Position numbers and translations under genes: made by a program
The notes under the pieces: model-generated
Told to the model about the DNA's origin: nothing
Seen by the model: the letters and a program-made list of their open reading frames with translations, nothing else
The model's database searches: none
Assembly: GCA_015063495.1 (NCBI GenBank)
Contig: SVUB01000002.1
Span: 1-48,206, forward strand
Direction: 5' to 3'
Source: Oscillospiraceae bacterium
GTDB taxonomy: Bacteria; Bacillota; Clostridia; Oscillospirales; CAG-272
DNA: 48,206 bases
In this document: positions 7,604 through 17,251 of the stretch, piece after piece
Position numbering within the stretch: position 1 is the first letter of the stretch
How the letters are laid out: each line of letters opens with the position of its first letter

Positions 7604-9370
7604 ATGGCTTTTGACGCAGGTATGCTTGCCCGTGTGCTCGCTGAAATAAAAGGCGAAGCACTTGGGGCAAAAATAGAAAAAATACATCAGCCCGAAAAGG
7701 ATCAGATAGTGATCATAACCCGTTCTATAAGTGGCGGAAGGAAGCTTCTTATAGATGCAGGTGCAAATAATCCAAGAATAGGATTTACCTTTACACAAAA
7801 AGAAAATCCCCCCTCGCCTCCTATGTTTTGTATGCTTCTTCGTAAGCATCTTACCGGTGCAAAATTGTCGGACGTCCTTCAGCCCGGCTTTGAGAGAGTG
7901 GCAGTGCTCGTTTTTGAAACCTATGACGAGCTCGGATTCCCATGTCGGCGTTATCTTATTGCGGAGGTCATGGGCAAATACAGTAACCTCATCTTCACCG
8001 ATGAAAACAAGAAGATAATAGCGCTTCTTAAGCCTGTTGATTTTACTACAAGCTCACTTCGTCAGCTATTACCGGGAATGACCTACGAAATGCCTCCTGC
8101 ACAGGAAAAGAAAAATCCGCTTGATGCCGATCTTGAGAGCTTTTCTGCAGAATACGAAAGGGCAGGCAGTGAAAAGGGAGCGGACAAGTTTATAACGTCT
8201 TCATACCTTGGTATCTCGTCCTCACTTGCACGAGAGATAGTTTTCCGTGCCACAAGGCATACTGACACACCACTCAAATACTGTACGGCAGAGGAGCTTT
8301 GGCGGAGCTTTTCCTCGGTTATCGACTGCATAAAGCACGGTGAGTCTTTGCCTACGATGATAACAGACGAGACGGGACGTCCGATAGAGTATTGCTTCAC
8401 GGAGCTTACGCATTACAGTGCTCCCATGCAGTCAAAGCACTATGAAACTCTCGGAGAGCTGCTTGACGCTTTTTATGATGGCAGAGACAGAGAGATGCGT
8501 GTTCGTCAGAGAGCTGCTGACATCTTACACCTGCTCACAAATGCAGAGACACGTCTTCTGAAAAAGATAGGTGCACAAGAAGAGGAACTCTCAAGCTGTG
8601 CTATGGGCGAAGAATATAAAAAATGGGGAGATCTTATTACATCAAACCTTTATATACTCCAGAGGGGAATGAAGAAGGTCACTCTCACCGATTATTCGGA
8701 TATGAGAGATGACGGTAGCTTCGGTGAGTGCGAGATAGAGCTTGACGAGCGTCTTTCACCTGCCGCTAACGCCCAGAGAATGTATAAAAAATATAATAAG
8801 GCCAAGACGGCAAAAGTAGAGCTTACAAAACAGATCTCACTCGCACGTGCAGAGCTTGAATACATCTATACGGTATTTGATTCGCTCACCAGGGCAGAGA
8901 CCCCCTCGGATCTTGCCGAGATACGCCAGGAGCTTCATTCCTCCGGATATGCTTCAAGGATGAAGGGATATACTGCAAAGAAAAATAGCACTCCCGCATA
9001 TTCAAAATTCAAAACGAGCGGTGGATATACTGTGCTTTGCGGCAAAAACAATATTCAGAACGAATACATCACTCACCGCCTTGCGGAAAAGACCGATTAT
9101 TGGTTCCACGCAAAAGGTGTTCCCGGCTCACACGTAGTCCTTGTTTGCGGCGGAGAGGAGCCTGACGGAGCGGATTTCACGGAAGCTGCCGAGATAGCGG
9201 CGCACTATTCAAAGGCAACGGGCGGACAGAACGTCGAGGTCGATTACACCCTTGCAAAGAACGTTAAAAAGCCCGCTTCGGGCAAGCCCGGACTTGTTAT
9301 ATACCATACTAATTGGTCAGCGGTCGTAACCCCCGATGCCGATAAGATAGCGGCAATGAAAATAAAATAA
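7604..9370 (+). CDS. rqcH: Ribosome quality control protein RqcH (NFACT family; FbpA-like)
   Basis: NFACT-N start MAFDAGML..EIKGEALGAKIEKIHQPEKD, a coiled-coil middle, and a C-terminal NFACT-R/DUF814 region (DYWFHAKGVPGSHVVL). Confidence 0.88.
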   Translation: MAFDAGMLARVLAEIKGEALGAKIEKIHQPEKDQIVIITRSISGGRKLLIDAGANNPRIGFTFTQKENPPSPPMFCMLLRKHLTGAKLSDVLQPGFERVAVLVFETYDELGFPCRRYLIAEVMGKYSNLIFTDENKKIIALLKPVDFTTSSLRQLLPGMTYEMPPAQEKKNPLDADLESFSAEYERAGSEKGADKFITSSYLGISSSLAREIVFRATRHTDTPLKYCTAEELWRSFSSVIDCIKHGESLPTMITDETGRPIEYCFTELTHYSAPMQSKHYETLGELLDAFYDGRDREMRVRQRAADILHLLTNAETRLLKKIGAQEEELSSCAMGEEYKKWGDLITSNLYILQRGMKKVTLTDYSDMRDDGSFGECEIELDERLSPAANAQRMYKKYNKAKTAKVELTKQISLARAELEYIYTVFDSLTRAETPSDLAEIRQELHSSGYASRMKGYTAKKNSTPAYSKFKTSGGYTVLCGKNNIQNEYITHRLAEKTDYWFHAKGVPGSHVVLVCGGEEPDGADFTEAAEIAAHYSKATGGQNVEVDYTLAKNVKKPASGKPGLVIYHTNWSAVVTPDADKIAAMKIK

Positions 9371-9371
9371 G

Positions 9372-9405
9372 AAAAGCGGTAGTTCTATTGAACTACCGCT
9401 TCATT
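9372..9405. terminator. Bidirectional rho-independent terminator
   Basis: AAGCGGTAGTTC, loop TATT, GAACTACCGCTT, between the convergent rqcH and rhaD genes. Confidence 0.75.
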
Positions 9406-9408
9406 GTT

Positions 9409-10221
9409 TTAGATATCAAGAATTCCCTCGACGGGGGTCAGATGCCAGAGGTCTGCAAGAGCTTTAATTATACTATCGGGGATAACGTTTACTGTGTGAC
9501 CGAGAGTAAGCATATATATCTGTGCTGTCTTTTCTACCGTTTCGATAAGTCCGAATGCCTCGTCCATTGTCTTACCTGCACCGTAAATGCCGTGGTTTGT
9601 CCATACTACAAGGCGTGTTTTCTCCATCTTCTCGGCCGTGGCAATACCAATCTCATTTGTGCCACACACCATACAGGGAAGTACTCCAACGCCATCGGGG
9701 AACACAACAACCGCCTCGGTGTTCGACTGCCAAAGCTTATGTGTAAAGTCCTTTTCGTCAACGGGGCAAACAGTGTTCATAGCGATGGTGTAGGTCGGGT
9801 GAGTGTGCATTATTACACGGTTTTCGGGGTCGACCTTAAGTCTTGCGATATGGCTCATCATATGTGCGGGGAATTCCGATGTGAATCTTCCGCCGTCACG
9901 CCAGCCCCAGAGAAGCTTTGCGGTCTTACCGTCTCCGGCTATTTGTATGATACCAAGGTTTGTCTCGGGATCAAATTCTATATTCTTAAAGTATTTTCCC
10001 GTACCGGTTACGATAAATATTCTGCCGATAAGCTCTGTAGCATCAAAGCCAAGATCAATTTTACGAATGACCTTATTAAGGTTAAGATATTTTGAGACTT
10101 CAGCTTCGTCAAGCATATAGCTTATGTTACCGCCGTTTCTCTCGTCCCAGCCGAGACGGTACATATTAGCGGTCGTTTTTTTCATTTCCTCAACAAAGGG
10201 AGCTTTTAGGATGTTTTTCAT
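9409..10221 (-). CDS. rhaD: Rhamnulose-1-phosphate aldolase (class II aldolase)
   Basis: N-terminus ..MYRLGWDERNGGNIS.. and a HTHP metal-site region. It is the last gene of a rhaB-rhaA-rhaD string, with an ATGA overlap with rhaA. Confidence 0.88.
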   Translation of the reverse strand: MKNILKAPFVEEMKKTTANMYRLGWDERNGGNISYMLDEAEVSKYLNLNKVIRKIDLGFDATELIGRIFIVTGTGKYFKNIEFDPETNLGIIQIAGDGKTAKLLWGWRDGGRFTSEFPAHMMSHIARLKVDPENRVIMHTHPTYTIAMNTVCPVDEKDFTHKLWQSNTEAVVVFPDGVGVLPCMVCGTNEIGIATAEKMEKTRLVVWTNHGIYGAGKTMDEAFGLIETVEKTAQIYMLTLGHTVNVIPDSIIKALADLWHLTPVEGILDI

Positions 10222-11459
10222 ATTCTATTCACCAGAACCTTCTTTTCATATTCTTTTATCATGTCTATGTAATTTTCATTTACATTTTCTCTGCGTAGAA
10301 ATTCCTTCCAAACGTCGCCAAACGGAGCTGTTTTAAGCTCCTCGGAGAGCACCATAAGCTCGGTAAAGTTATCGTTCTCCTGCATATCCTTCATTTTTGC
10401 GCTCGGTTCAAGAAGTGCAAAGAGAAGTGCCTTCTGTACGTTTCTGACACCTGTTACCCAAGCGGAGATACGGTTGATGGAAGCATCAAAATAGTCGGTT
10501 GCAATGAAAACTCTGTCAAGAGCATCATTTCTGACTATTTCCTTCGCTATCTCCTTTGTTTCGTCGTCGAAGATGACTACGTGGTCACTGTCCCAACGCA
10601 CCGCACGAGTTACGTGGAGCGCTATCTTTTCGTTAAAGAGCAGAAGCGAGGATATTTTGTCGCTCACGACCTCGGTCGGGTGGTAATGACCATTATCCAT
10701 AAGGGGAGTTATGTGCTTATAGTCGGCATACGAGAGGCAGAATTCCGCCGATCCTACTGTATAGCTCTCAAGTCCTATACCGAATACCTTTGATTCAAGC
10801 GTAACGTATACTTTTGTTTTATCATAGGGGATCGAGAGTATCTCGTCAAGAGATTTCTTGAAGCGTGCTCTCGGGCCGAGTCTATCTGCAGGGATATCCT
10901 TATAACCGTCGGGAATCCAGAAGTTGATGACGGAGGGCTCTCCCGTTTCGTTTGCAAAATATTCAGCAATTTTGATGCAGGCTTTGCCGTGCTCGACCCA
11001 GAATTTTCTGACATCTTCATTGGGGGATGAAAGTGTGAGGTTATTTTTAACCATAGGGTGAGCAAAGAAAGTCGGGTTGAAGTCTATACCCATATTTCTT
11101 TCTTTTGCAAACTCTACCCACCTAGCAAAGTGCTTCGGCTCGAGTACATTTCTGTCGGCAAAATCTCCGTCCTCAAAAATTGCGTAGCTGGCGTGGAGAT
11201 TGAGCTTCTTCTTGCCGGGCATAAGAGAAAAAGCAAGGTCAAGGTCTGCCATAAGCTCTTCCGGGTTTCTTGCCTTTCCTGGATAATTTCCTGTGGTCTG
11301 AATACCGCCGGAGAGAGCTTCCTTTGAGTCGAATCCTGAAACGTCATCGCCCTGCCAGCAGTGAACGGAAATGCAGGCTTTTTTCAGCGCCGTAATAGCT
11401 GCCTCGGTGTCAACGCCAAGCTCAGCGTAGATCTTTTTTGCGCTTTCGTATCTTTCCAT
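10218..11459 (-). CDS. rhaA: L-rhamnose isomerase
   Basis: 413 aa with SVHCWQGDDVSGF and NLHASYA motifs typical of RhaA. The rhaB stop TAA abuts its ATG. Confidence 0.9.
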   Translation of the reverse strand: MERYESAKKIYAELGVDTEAAITALKKACISVHCWQGDDVSGFDSKEALSGGIQTTGNYPGKARNPEELMADLDLAFSLMPGKKKLNLHASYAIFEDGDFADRNVLEPKHFARWVEFAKERNMGIDFNPTFFAHPMVKNNLTLSSPNEDVRKFWVEHGKACIKIAEYFANETGEPSVINFWIPDGYKDIPADRLGPRARFKKSLDEILSIPYDKTKVYVTLESKVFGIGLESYTVGSAEFCLSYADYKHITPLMDNGHYHPTEVVSDKISSLLLFNEKIALHVTRAVRWDSDHVVIFDDETKEIAKEIVRNDALDRVFIATDYFDASINRISAWVTGVRNVQKALLFALLEPSAKMKDMQENDNFTELMVLSEELKTAPFGDVWKEFLRRENVNENYIDMIKEYEKKVLVNRI

Positions 11460-12833
11460 TTAGTTCGTCTCCTTTATTTCAAACGTATTTTTAACTATTT
11501 TACGTGCTTCTGCGAGTGAGAGCTTTTGCTCGTACATTATCTGCGAGAGCAGATTTCCTATCGCAGTTCCCTCGGTAAGTCCTGTAAGCACCTTTTTGCC
11601 TGTGTATTCTGCCGTCAGCTGATTCAGATATGCGTCCTTGCTTCCGCCGCCGACAATGAATATAGAATCTATCTTTTTCTGACTGATATTTTCTATCTCC
11701 TCCGTGACCTTTTTATAGGAAAGAGCAAGGGAATGATAAACCGATGAGAGTAGATCCTCGAGCGAAAGCTCGGGGCGACCAAGAAGCTTTTTGATTGCTT
11801 CTATCATACTCTCGGGTGCAAGAAGAGAGGCGGACGAGGGGTCAAATGTCCCATTAAAGTCACTCTTTTTTGCAAGCTCCATCATTTCGTCGTATGTAAG
11901 AGATTTGTTTATCTCTTTTCTTATGTTCTGGAAGAGCCACATTCCCATAATGTTTTTAAGGAATCTAAATCTGTATTCAATACCGCCCTCGTTTGTAAAA
12001 TTAGCTTCCATAGCATCATTACCAAGCATAGGCTCTTTATTTTCGGTACCAATGAGGCTCCAGGTTCCCGATGATATATAAAGGCTGTCATCGCCGATGG
12101 GACAGGCGGCAACGGCTGATGCCGTATCGTGAGAGGGGCAGTGGATGACCGTGCAGTCAAAGCCTATCTCATTCTTTATCTCATCTGTAAATCCTCCAAC
12201 CATCGTGCAGGGCATAGAAAGCTCTGTGAAGAGCTTTTTGGGAAGCCCCAGCATTTCTATGAGTTCACTATCCCATGTCTTATTGCGAGCGTTTACAAGT
12301 GCCGTGGTGGTAGCATTCGTATATTCCTGATGAAGAACTCCGGTAAGCTTAAAGGAAAGATAATCGGGGATCATCAATAGATGCTCTGCCGTATCGAGCT
12401 TTCCGCTCTTTTTGTCGCAGTAAAGCTGGTATATCGTGTTGAAAGGCATTTTCTGAATTCCAACCCTTGAATAGAGCTCGCTCTGCGGAAGAAATTCGGA
12501 AACCTCCTTTTCACCTTTTTCGGTTCTTGCGTCACGGTAAGCGATGGCGGGGAGAATTTCCTTTTTATCCTTGTCAAGCAGCACGTAGTCAACGCCCCAT
12601 GTGTCAATAGCTACAGTAGAAGGTATCTTTCCGAGCTCACCGCATTTTTTTATACCGGATTTGACAGATGAGAAAAGAGATTCAATATCCCAAACGAGAG
12701 AATCGCCATCCTTTTTTACTCCGTTATCAAAGCGGTATATCTCCTCAAGACATAGCTCCCCGTTCTCTATATGTGCTAAAATGTGTCTTCCCGAGGAAGC
12801 TCCGATATCTATTGCAAGATAGTAAGAAACCAT
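11460..12833 (-). CDS. rhaB: Rhamnulokinase (FGGY kinase family)
   Basis: LAIDIGASSGRHIL N-terminus, an FGGY N and C domain pattern, and operon context. Confidence 0.88.
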   Translation of the reverse strand: MVSYYLAIDIGASSGRHILAHIENGELCLEEIYRFDNGVKKDGDSLVWDIESLFSSVKSGIKKCGELGKIPSTVAIDTWGVDYVLLDKDKKEILPAIAYRDARTEKGEKEVSEFLPQSELYSRVGIQKMPFNTIYQLYCDKKSGKLDTAEHLLMIPDYLSFKLTGVLHQEYTNATTTALVNARNKTWDSELIEMLGLPKKLFTELSMPCTMVGGFTDEIKNEIGFDCTVIHCPSHDTASAVAACPIGDDSLYISSGTWSLIGTENKEPMLGNDAMEANFTNEGGIEYRFRFLKNIMGMWLFQNIRKEINKSLTYDEMMELAKKSDFNGTFDPSSASLLAPESMIEAIKKLLGRPELSLEDLLSSVYHSLALSYKKVTEEIENISQKKIDSIFIVGGGSKDAYLNQLTAEYTGKKVLTGLTEGTAIGNLLSQIMYEQKLSLAEARKIVKNTFEIKETN

Positions 12834-12931
12834 AAATATCTCCTTTCATAAGATATCTCTGTATTCATTATACAGCAGAAATGCTAAAATAAAAATATTC
12901 TGATTTGCCAAAAAAAGTGTCCTTATTTGTA

Positions 12932-12960
12932 TTGAAAAAATATGTCGAATGGTATATAAT
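12932..12960 (+). promoter_or_regulatory. Sigma-A-type promoter of the AraC-family regulator
   Basis: TTGAAA (12932-12937), 17 nt spacer, TATAAT (12955-12960). Confidence 0.5.
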
Positions 12961-12976
12961 AAAGTAAAGAGGTGAG

Positions 12977-13939
12977 ATGATGATAAATGAGAAGATACTT
13001 GCACCGCTTAGAGCTATAAGAGAAGAGGAGCGAGCTGTTCTTGAGAGCGGCAAAGTCGATCTCTCCGTATATACAGGAAACAGAGGAAGAGAAGTCAGCC
13101 CCGGATATTTTCTGCGTAGCGGAAAGCTTATAACCGTGCATCCGCATATGCGCTTCGTACGTTTTCCCGAGCATACCCACGGTTACGTTGAGGTCGTTTA
13201 TATGTGTTCGGGCAAGACCACGCACATCGTTAACGGTAAGGAGATAGAGCTGTGCGAGGGAGAGCTTTTGTTTCTCGGCCAGAATGCAAGGCAGGAGATA
13301 ATGCCCTGCGGTGAGGACGATATCGCAGTAAACTTTATAATTCTTCCGCAGTTTTTTGATAAAAGCCTTGAGATGATGGGAGAGGAGGAGTCACCGCTCC
13401 GTAAATTTATAATCGATGCGCTTATCAGTCCCGACCATCCGAGCTATCTTCATTTTAAGGTGAAGGACGTTCTTCCCGTACAGAATCTTGTGGAAAATCT
13501 CATTTTCACGCTTATAAACAATACCCCGAATAAGAGAAACATAAATCAGACGACAATGGGGCTTCTGATAATGCAGCTTATAAGCTGTACCGACAAGCTT
13601 GCCCATCACTCAAAAGAGGATGAGATGATAGTCCGCTTGTTCCGCTACATAGAGGAGAATTATAAAGAAGGCAGCCTTACCGAGGCGGCAAGGCTGCTCC
13701 ATTACGATTTTTACAGAATAAGCCACGAGATAAAAAACAGGACGGGAAAGACCTATACCGAGCTTGTGCAGGATAAGCGCCTTTCACAGGCTGCATACCT
13801 GCTCAAAAATACGAACATAAGTGCAGAGGAGATCTCGGAGGCGGTGGGTTACAGCAATAAGAGCTATTTCTATCGAATCTTCACCGAGCGCTTCGGCACC
13901 TCTCCCCGCAAATACCGCCTAAACGAAAGAAGCAAGTAA
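12977..13939 (+). CDS. AraC-family transcriptional regulator (cupin sensor plus HTH), probable rhamnose regulator
   Basis: N-terminal cupin-like HPHMRFVRFPEHTHGYVEVVY and a C-terminal AraC HTH (ISAEEISEAVGYSNKSYFYRIFTERFGTSPRKYR). Divergent from rhaBAD. Confidence 0.85.
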   Translation: MMINEKILAPLRAIREEERAVLESGKVDLSVYTGNRGREVSPGYFLRSGKLITVHPHMRFVRFPEHTHGYVEVVYMCSGKTTHIVNGKEIELCEGELLFLGQNARQEIMPCGEDDIAVNFIILPQFFDKSLEMMGEEESPLRKFIIDALISPDHPSYLHFKVKDVLPVQNLVENLIFTLINNTPNKRNINQTTMGLLIMQLISCTDKLAHHSKEDEMIVRLFRYIEENYKEGSLTEAARLLHYDFYRISHEIKNRTGKTYTELVQDKRLSQAAYLLKNTNISAEEISEAVGYSNKSYFYRIFTERFGTSPRKYRLNERSK

Positions 13940-13966
13940 AAAAAGCCCCCTCTCGGGGGCTTTTTA
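13938..13966. terminator. Bidirectional rho-independent terminator
   Basis: AGCCCCC, loop TCTC, GGGGGCT, flanked by A and T runs. Confidence 0.8.
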
Positions 13967-13968
13967 GT

Positions 13969-16539
13969 TTAACTTGTGCGTACCCAGCTACTGTTCTCGA
14001 GGATAAAGACGTAGCTGTATACCATATCGTCAAAGGAAAGATAATATTTGCCATCGCTCTCTCTTATGGCGAAGTTAACGTATCCGAGCTTATCAAGCGT
14101 GCCACCCGAGAGGCTTACATTTTCCTCTAATTTGCAGGGGGCAACATCGCATAGGTCGAGCGTGCCGGAGAGCTCTTTGCCTGTCGAATTTTTGAATTCG
14201 GCGGTGAAAATGACCTTATCATCCTCGGGCTTTGCGCTCATGTCCTCTATCTTGCACCCTTCTGCCAGCCTTATGCTTTCGATCACGGGGCAGATAACTC
14301 TTTCAAAATAATCTGCGCTGTCATCACGGTAGGAATACATATAGAGAGGGATGAGGTAGTTATCTGCGGTAATCACGTTAAAGAAATACGTTGTTCTGAT
14401 AGCATCCCAAACTACGTCCGTATGCTTTACATACGCATATTCCTTAATAGTTTTGCTGTTCACTTCGATGCGAGTGAAGGTACTTTCGGGGTATTTAAGG
14501 AGCGAATAATAGCCTACCAAATCATCATATGTCAGCTTATAATAGGGGAACACCTTATAGACTCCGCCGAAGGCTTCGTATCTGAATGAGGGATAACGAG
14601 TAGCTTTTTCTCTCTCGATATCAAGTGTTCCTAACCACGTATGAGGTGCGTCGAAAATAACGGCAAGCTCACCGTTTGTGAATCTATCGTCCTCATTGCT
14701 TGTTAAGTCGTATATTACGTTTACAACGTAAGAATCGCTTACGATCTTATCTGCACCGTCATAGATAGGGTCGCTATTCAAGATGGGAAGGGAATCTTTT
14801 GTAACGTATTCTGCCTTGTATTCTCTGTGGACGTATTTTGCGTCGTAATACATTACCGTATCTTCACCGCTTATAGTATTATTACGTATGAGCTCTTGGC
14901 TCCAGTCCATAAGGAATACTCCCTGTTCGTTTTCGGCTATAACGGGGTATTCTTCCATCGTCTCGGGATCATCGTTAAATGCGGCGGTGTGAGGGAAATA
15001 TATGCCGTCAGCCTTTTGAAAATAGGGAATGCAGGGGGCGGTGTAGCTCCACCAGGTGTGATAGAGTCCGCCGGAGAGATCCTCGATAAAGAAGCTCCAA
15101 GCGCCCGAGCTCATATATTCAACGATGAACATTTGCCCATCGGGAGACATAGCCAGTCTGTAAGGCTCCTCTGACTGAAAACGGAACTCGTAAAAGCTCT
15201 CGCCTTCGGTGTTTGTAAAGGTAAGTGCGGTGTAACGACCGCTTTCTGCATCAGTCTCAAATTCGATATACCAGTCTCCGATAGCGATATCCGCACTCTT
15301 TGCCGCATCGGTCGGTATAAAGGAGATAGCTTCTGCTCTCCATTTAACGTCCTCCCAGTAAAGGGGCGACCAGATATCGTATATGCGGTAGCCTATGACC
15401 ATATCGTATCCGCCGCTGCAGGGGATTATGATATCAGCATTCGTCTGCGCTCCCCACGTCCGCTCTACTATCTGAATAGAGGAAAAATCAAGGTCTTCTA
15501 CATTCGGAATTACTGCTCCCTCGGGAATCGGCTGCCCCGAACTTAGCGCCGCATAGCAGAAGGTGTCGTAGGGATCGGGCATTATTCCCGTATTATAATA
15601 TTCGAGTATATCCTCAAACTGCTCTGTAATGACCTCGGCGTTGCTCTGCCTGAAGGCTTCGGTCATTGTGACGTTTCCCCGTTGGAAATCCTCGGAGGGG
15701 CAGGGCTTGCCTGCAAGCATAGTAAGATAAAAGGGAACTATATCAAAGGAATTTTCACCTATTTTAAGGTTTTCGGGGTAGCTTCCATCAAGAGCATTTA
15801 CACATCCGCTGAATGCGCCGTCTGCAATTTCAATGACGCTTTCTGGAAGTACTATCTCTTTAAGAGGCAGACTTGAAAAAGCATTATATCCGATATAGAG
15901 AAGCGTATCGGGGAAGGTAACGTGCTCAAGCTCCGAGAGCTGAAAAGCGTGTGCGGCGATATATTTAACACCGCTTGGGATAGTAAAGCTCTTTTGGCTC
16001 TCATCTCCGAGATATTTGATTATAGTTTCGCCGTCGGCTGTCATAAGGAGATCATCATTCTCGGTAAAATCACCGTTATCACCGTTAATTATCAGGCTCT
16101 CAAGCTTATCACAGCCTGCAAAAGAGTTGTTTTCCACCTTTTTTACGGTGCTTGAAAGCGAAATTATCTTGATGTCGGTAGAATTTTTGTTTTCATAAAA
16201 GGCGTAATCGGCAATAGCCTCAATACCCTCGGGCAGTATAAGCTCCTCTGCGCCATCGCCCTTGTAGGCTACGAGAGTTGTGCCGTCCATTTCAAAATCA
16301 GCAAATTCGGGAGAGGAAAAATCGTATTTGCCGATGTCGGGGGAATCACCGCTTCGAAGCAAAAGCGGAAGGGCTACACAGGCCGAAGCAAGAATAGCTA
16401 TCGTTGCCGCAAGCAGAATAAATCTGCGCTTGTTGATACCTCTTGTTTCTTTTTTGCGGAATTTCTCGGGATACATTGCTTCCGCAATGTATTTTTCATC
16501 TATTTCGGACATTTTTTCATAAAGGTAATTCTTTTTCAT
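13969..16539 (-). CDS. Membrane-anchored anti-sigma-like protein with extracytoplasmic BspA-type leucine-rich repeats and a ~550-aa unknown C-terminal region
   Basis: Short cytoplasmic N-terminus (EIDEKYIAEA), one TM (FILLAATIAILASACVALPLLL), and LRR units (IPEGIEAIADYAF, VKKVENNSFAGC, VKYIAAHAF, LLYIGYNAF, VIEIADGAF). ATGA overlap with the upstream sigma factor gene. Confidence 0.6.
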   Translation of the reverse strand: MKKNYLYEKMSEIDEKYIAEAMYPEKFRKKETRGINKRRFILLAATIAILASACVALPLLLRSGDSPDIGKYDFSSPEFADFEMDGTTLVAYKGDGAEELILPEGIEAIADYAFYENKNSTDIKIISLSSTVKKVENNSFAGCDKLESLIINGDNGDFTENDDLLMTADGETIIKYLGDESQKSFTIPSGVKYIAAHAFQLSELEHVTFPDTLLYIGYNAFSSLPLKEIVLPESVIEIADGAFSGCVNALDGSYPENLKIGENSFDIVPFYLTMLAGKPCPSEDFQRGNVTMTEAFRQSNAEVITEQFEDILEYYNTGIMPDPYDTFCYAALSSGQPIPEGAVIPNVEDLDFSSIQIVERTWGAQTNADIIIPCSGGYDMVIGYRIYDIWSPLYWEDVKWRAEAISFIPTDAAKSADIAIGDWYIEFETDAESGRYTALTFTNTEGESFYEFRFQSEEPYRLAMSPDGQMFIVEYMSSGAWSFFIEDLSGGLYHTWWSYTAPCIPYFQKADGIYFPHTAAFNDDPETMEEYPVIAENEQGVFLMDWSQELIRNNTISGEDTVMYYDAKYVHREYKAEYVTKDSLPILNSDPIYDGADKIVSDSYVVNVIYDLTSNEDDRFTNGELAVIFDAPHTWLGTLDIEREKATRYPSFRYEAFGGVYKVFPYYKLTYDDLVGYYSLLKYPESTFTRIEVNSKTIKEYAYVKHTDVVWDAIRTTYFFNVITADNYLIPLYMYSYRDDSADYFERVICPVIESIRLAEGCKIEDMSAKPEDDKVIFTAEFKNSTGKELSGTLDLCDVAPCKLEENVSLSGGTLDKLGYVNFAIRESDGKYYLSFDDMVYSYVFILENSSWVRTS

Positions 16540-17123
16540 ATCGAAATGCCCTCCTTTTCAAGTTTTTTGCGAAGCCTTATTCTCATTCTTGAAAGTCTCA
16601 TAGCTATTGCTCCTTCGCTGTCTCCCATCGCACGTGCAATATCTGAAACGGGATCAGAATAATAGTATCTGCGAACGAAGATAACTCTGTCCTTTTCCTT
16701 TTGTTCTGCGAGAAAGGCGTTTATAAGCTCGGTCACCTCGCCCTCGCGGAACTGTTCTTCCCAGTCGGGAGATGCGAGTACGCCTTCAAGCTCTTCGAGT
16801 ATCTCGTCCATGTCTCGGTTGCGTTTTGAAGCGTGGTTGTAGTCGTAGCGGTTAAGCGAAATATTGCGGACGAGTGAGCAGAGATAGGAAACTAGTGAAC
16901 GTGGTCTTTCGGGTGGGATGCTGTTCCAGAGCCCGAGCATTGCGTCGTTTACGCATTCCTCTGCGTCTTCACGGCTGTGGAGTATATTATAAGAAACGGA
17001 AAAGGCGAGCTTGCCATATTTTATTTGGCATTCTGATATTGCTTTTTCCTGCCTTTGGAAGAATAGCTCTGTTATAATAGCGTTCTCATATTCATCCTTT
17101 TGTGTTTTGTCTGTCAAAGCCAA
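16536..17123 (-). CDS. Sigma-70 family (ECF-like) RNA polymerase sigma factor
   Basis: Region 2 (EDAEECVNDAMLGLW) and region 4 HTH (VSDIARAMGDSEGAIAMRLSRMRIRLRKKL). TTG start; an alternative TTG lies 6 nt downstream. Confidence 0.85.
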   Translation of the reverse strand: MALTDKTQKDEYENAIITELFFQRQEKAISECQIKYGKLAFSVSYNILHSREDAEECVNDAMLGLWNSIPPERPRSLVSYLCSLVRNISLNRYDYNHASKRNRDMDEILEELEGVLASPDWEEQFREGEVTELINAFLAEQKEKDRVIFVRRYYYSDPVSDIARAMGDSEGAIAMRLSRMRIRLRKKLEKEGISI

Positions 17124-17251
17124 GGCTCCTTTCTTTGAGGATTTTCCGGAAACGTCCCTCTGCTTTTTATGTAGGAAATTCCGTTTGTATATAACAGATT
17201 TTTGAAATAGTGAAGTGACTGTCGCTCATAGAGCAACAGTCACCTTTGGTT

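Noticed and set aside
9409-13939. I considered whether the rhamnose locus is unusual, because it has no adjacent transporter, mutarotase or lactaldehyde-processing genes.
   Set aside because: Split rhamnose regulons are common, and the missing genes may simply lie elsewhere in the genome. Nothing in the sequence itself is abnormal.
17124-17251. I searched upstream of the sigma factor gene for an ECF-type autoregulated promoter (GAAC-N16/17-CGTC-like).
   Set aside because: GGAAT and CGTT elements exist but are 23 nt apart, outside the usual spacing. I cannot support a specific promoter call. Only a modest terminator-like hairpin (GGTGACTGTTGC..GCGACAGTCAC) after the 1063-aa gene is visible.
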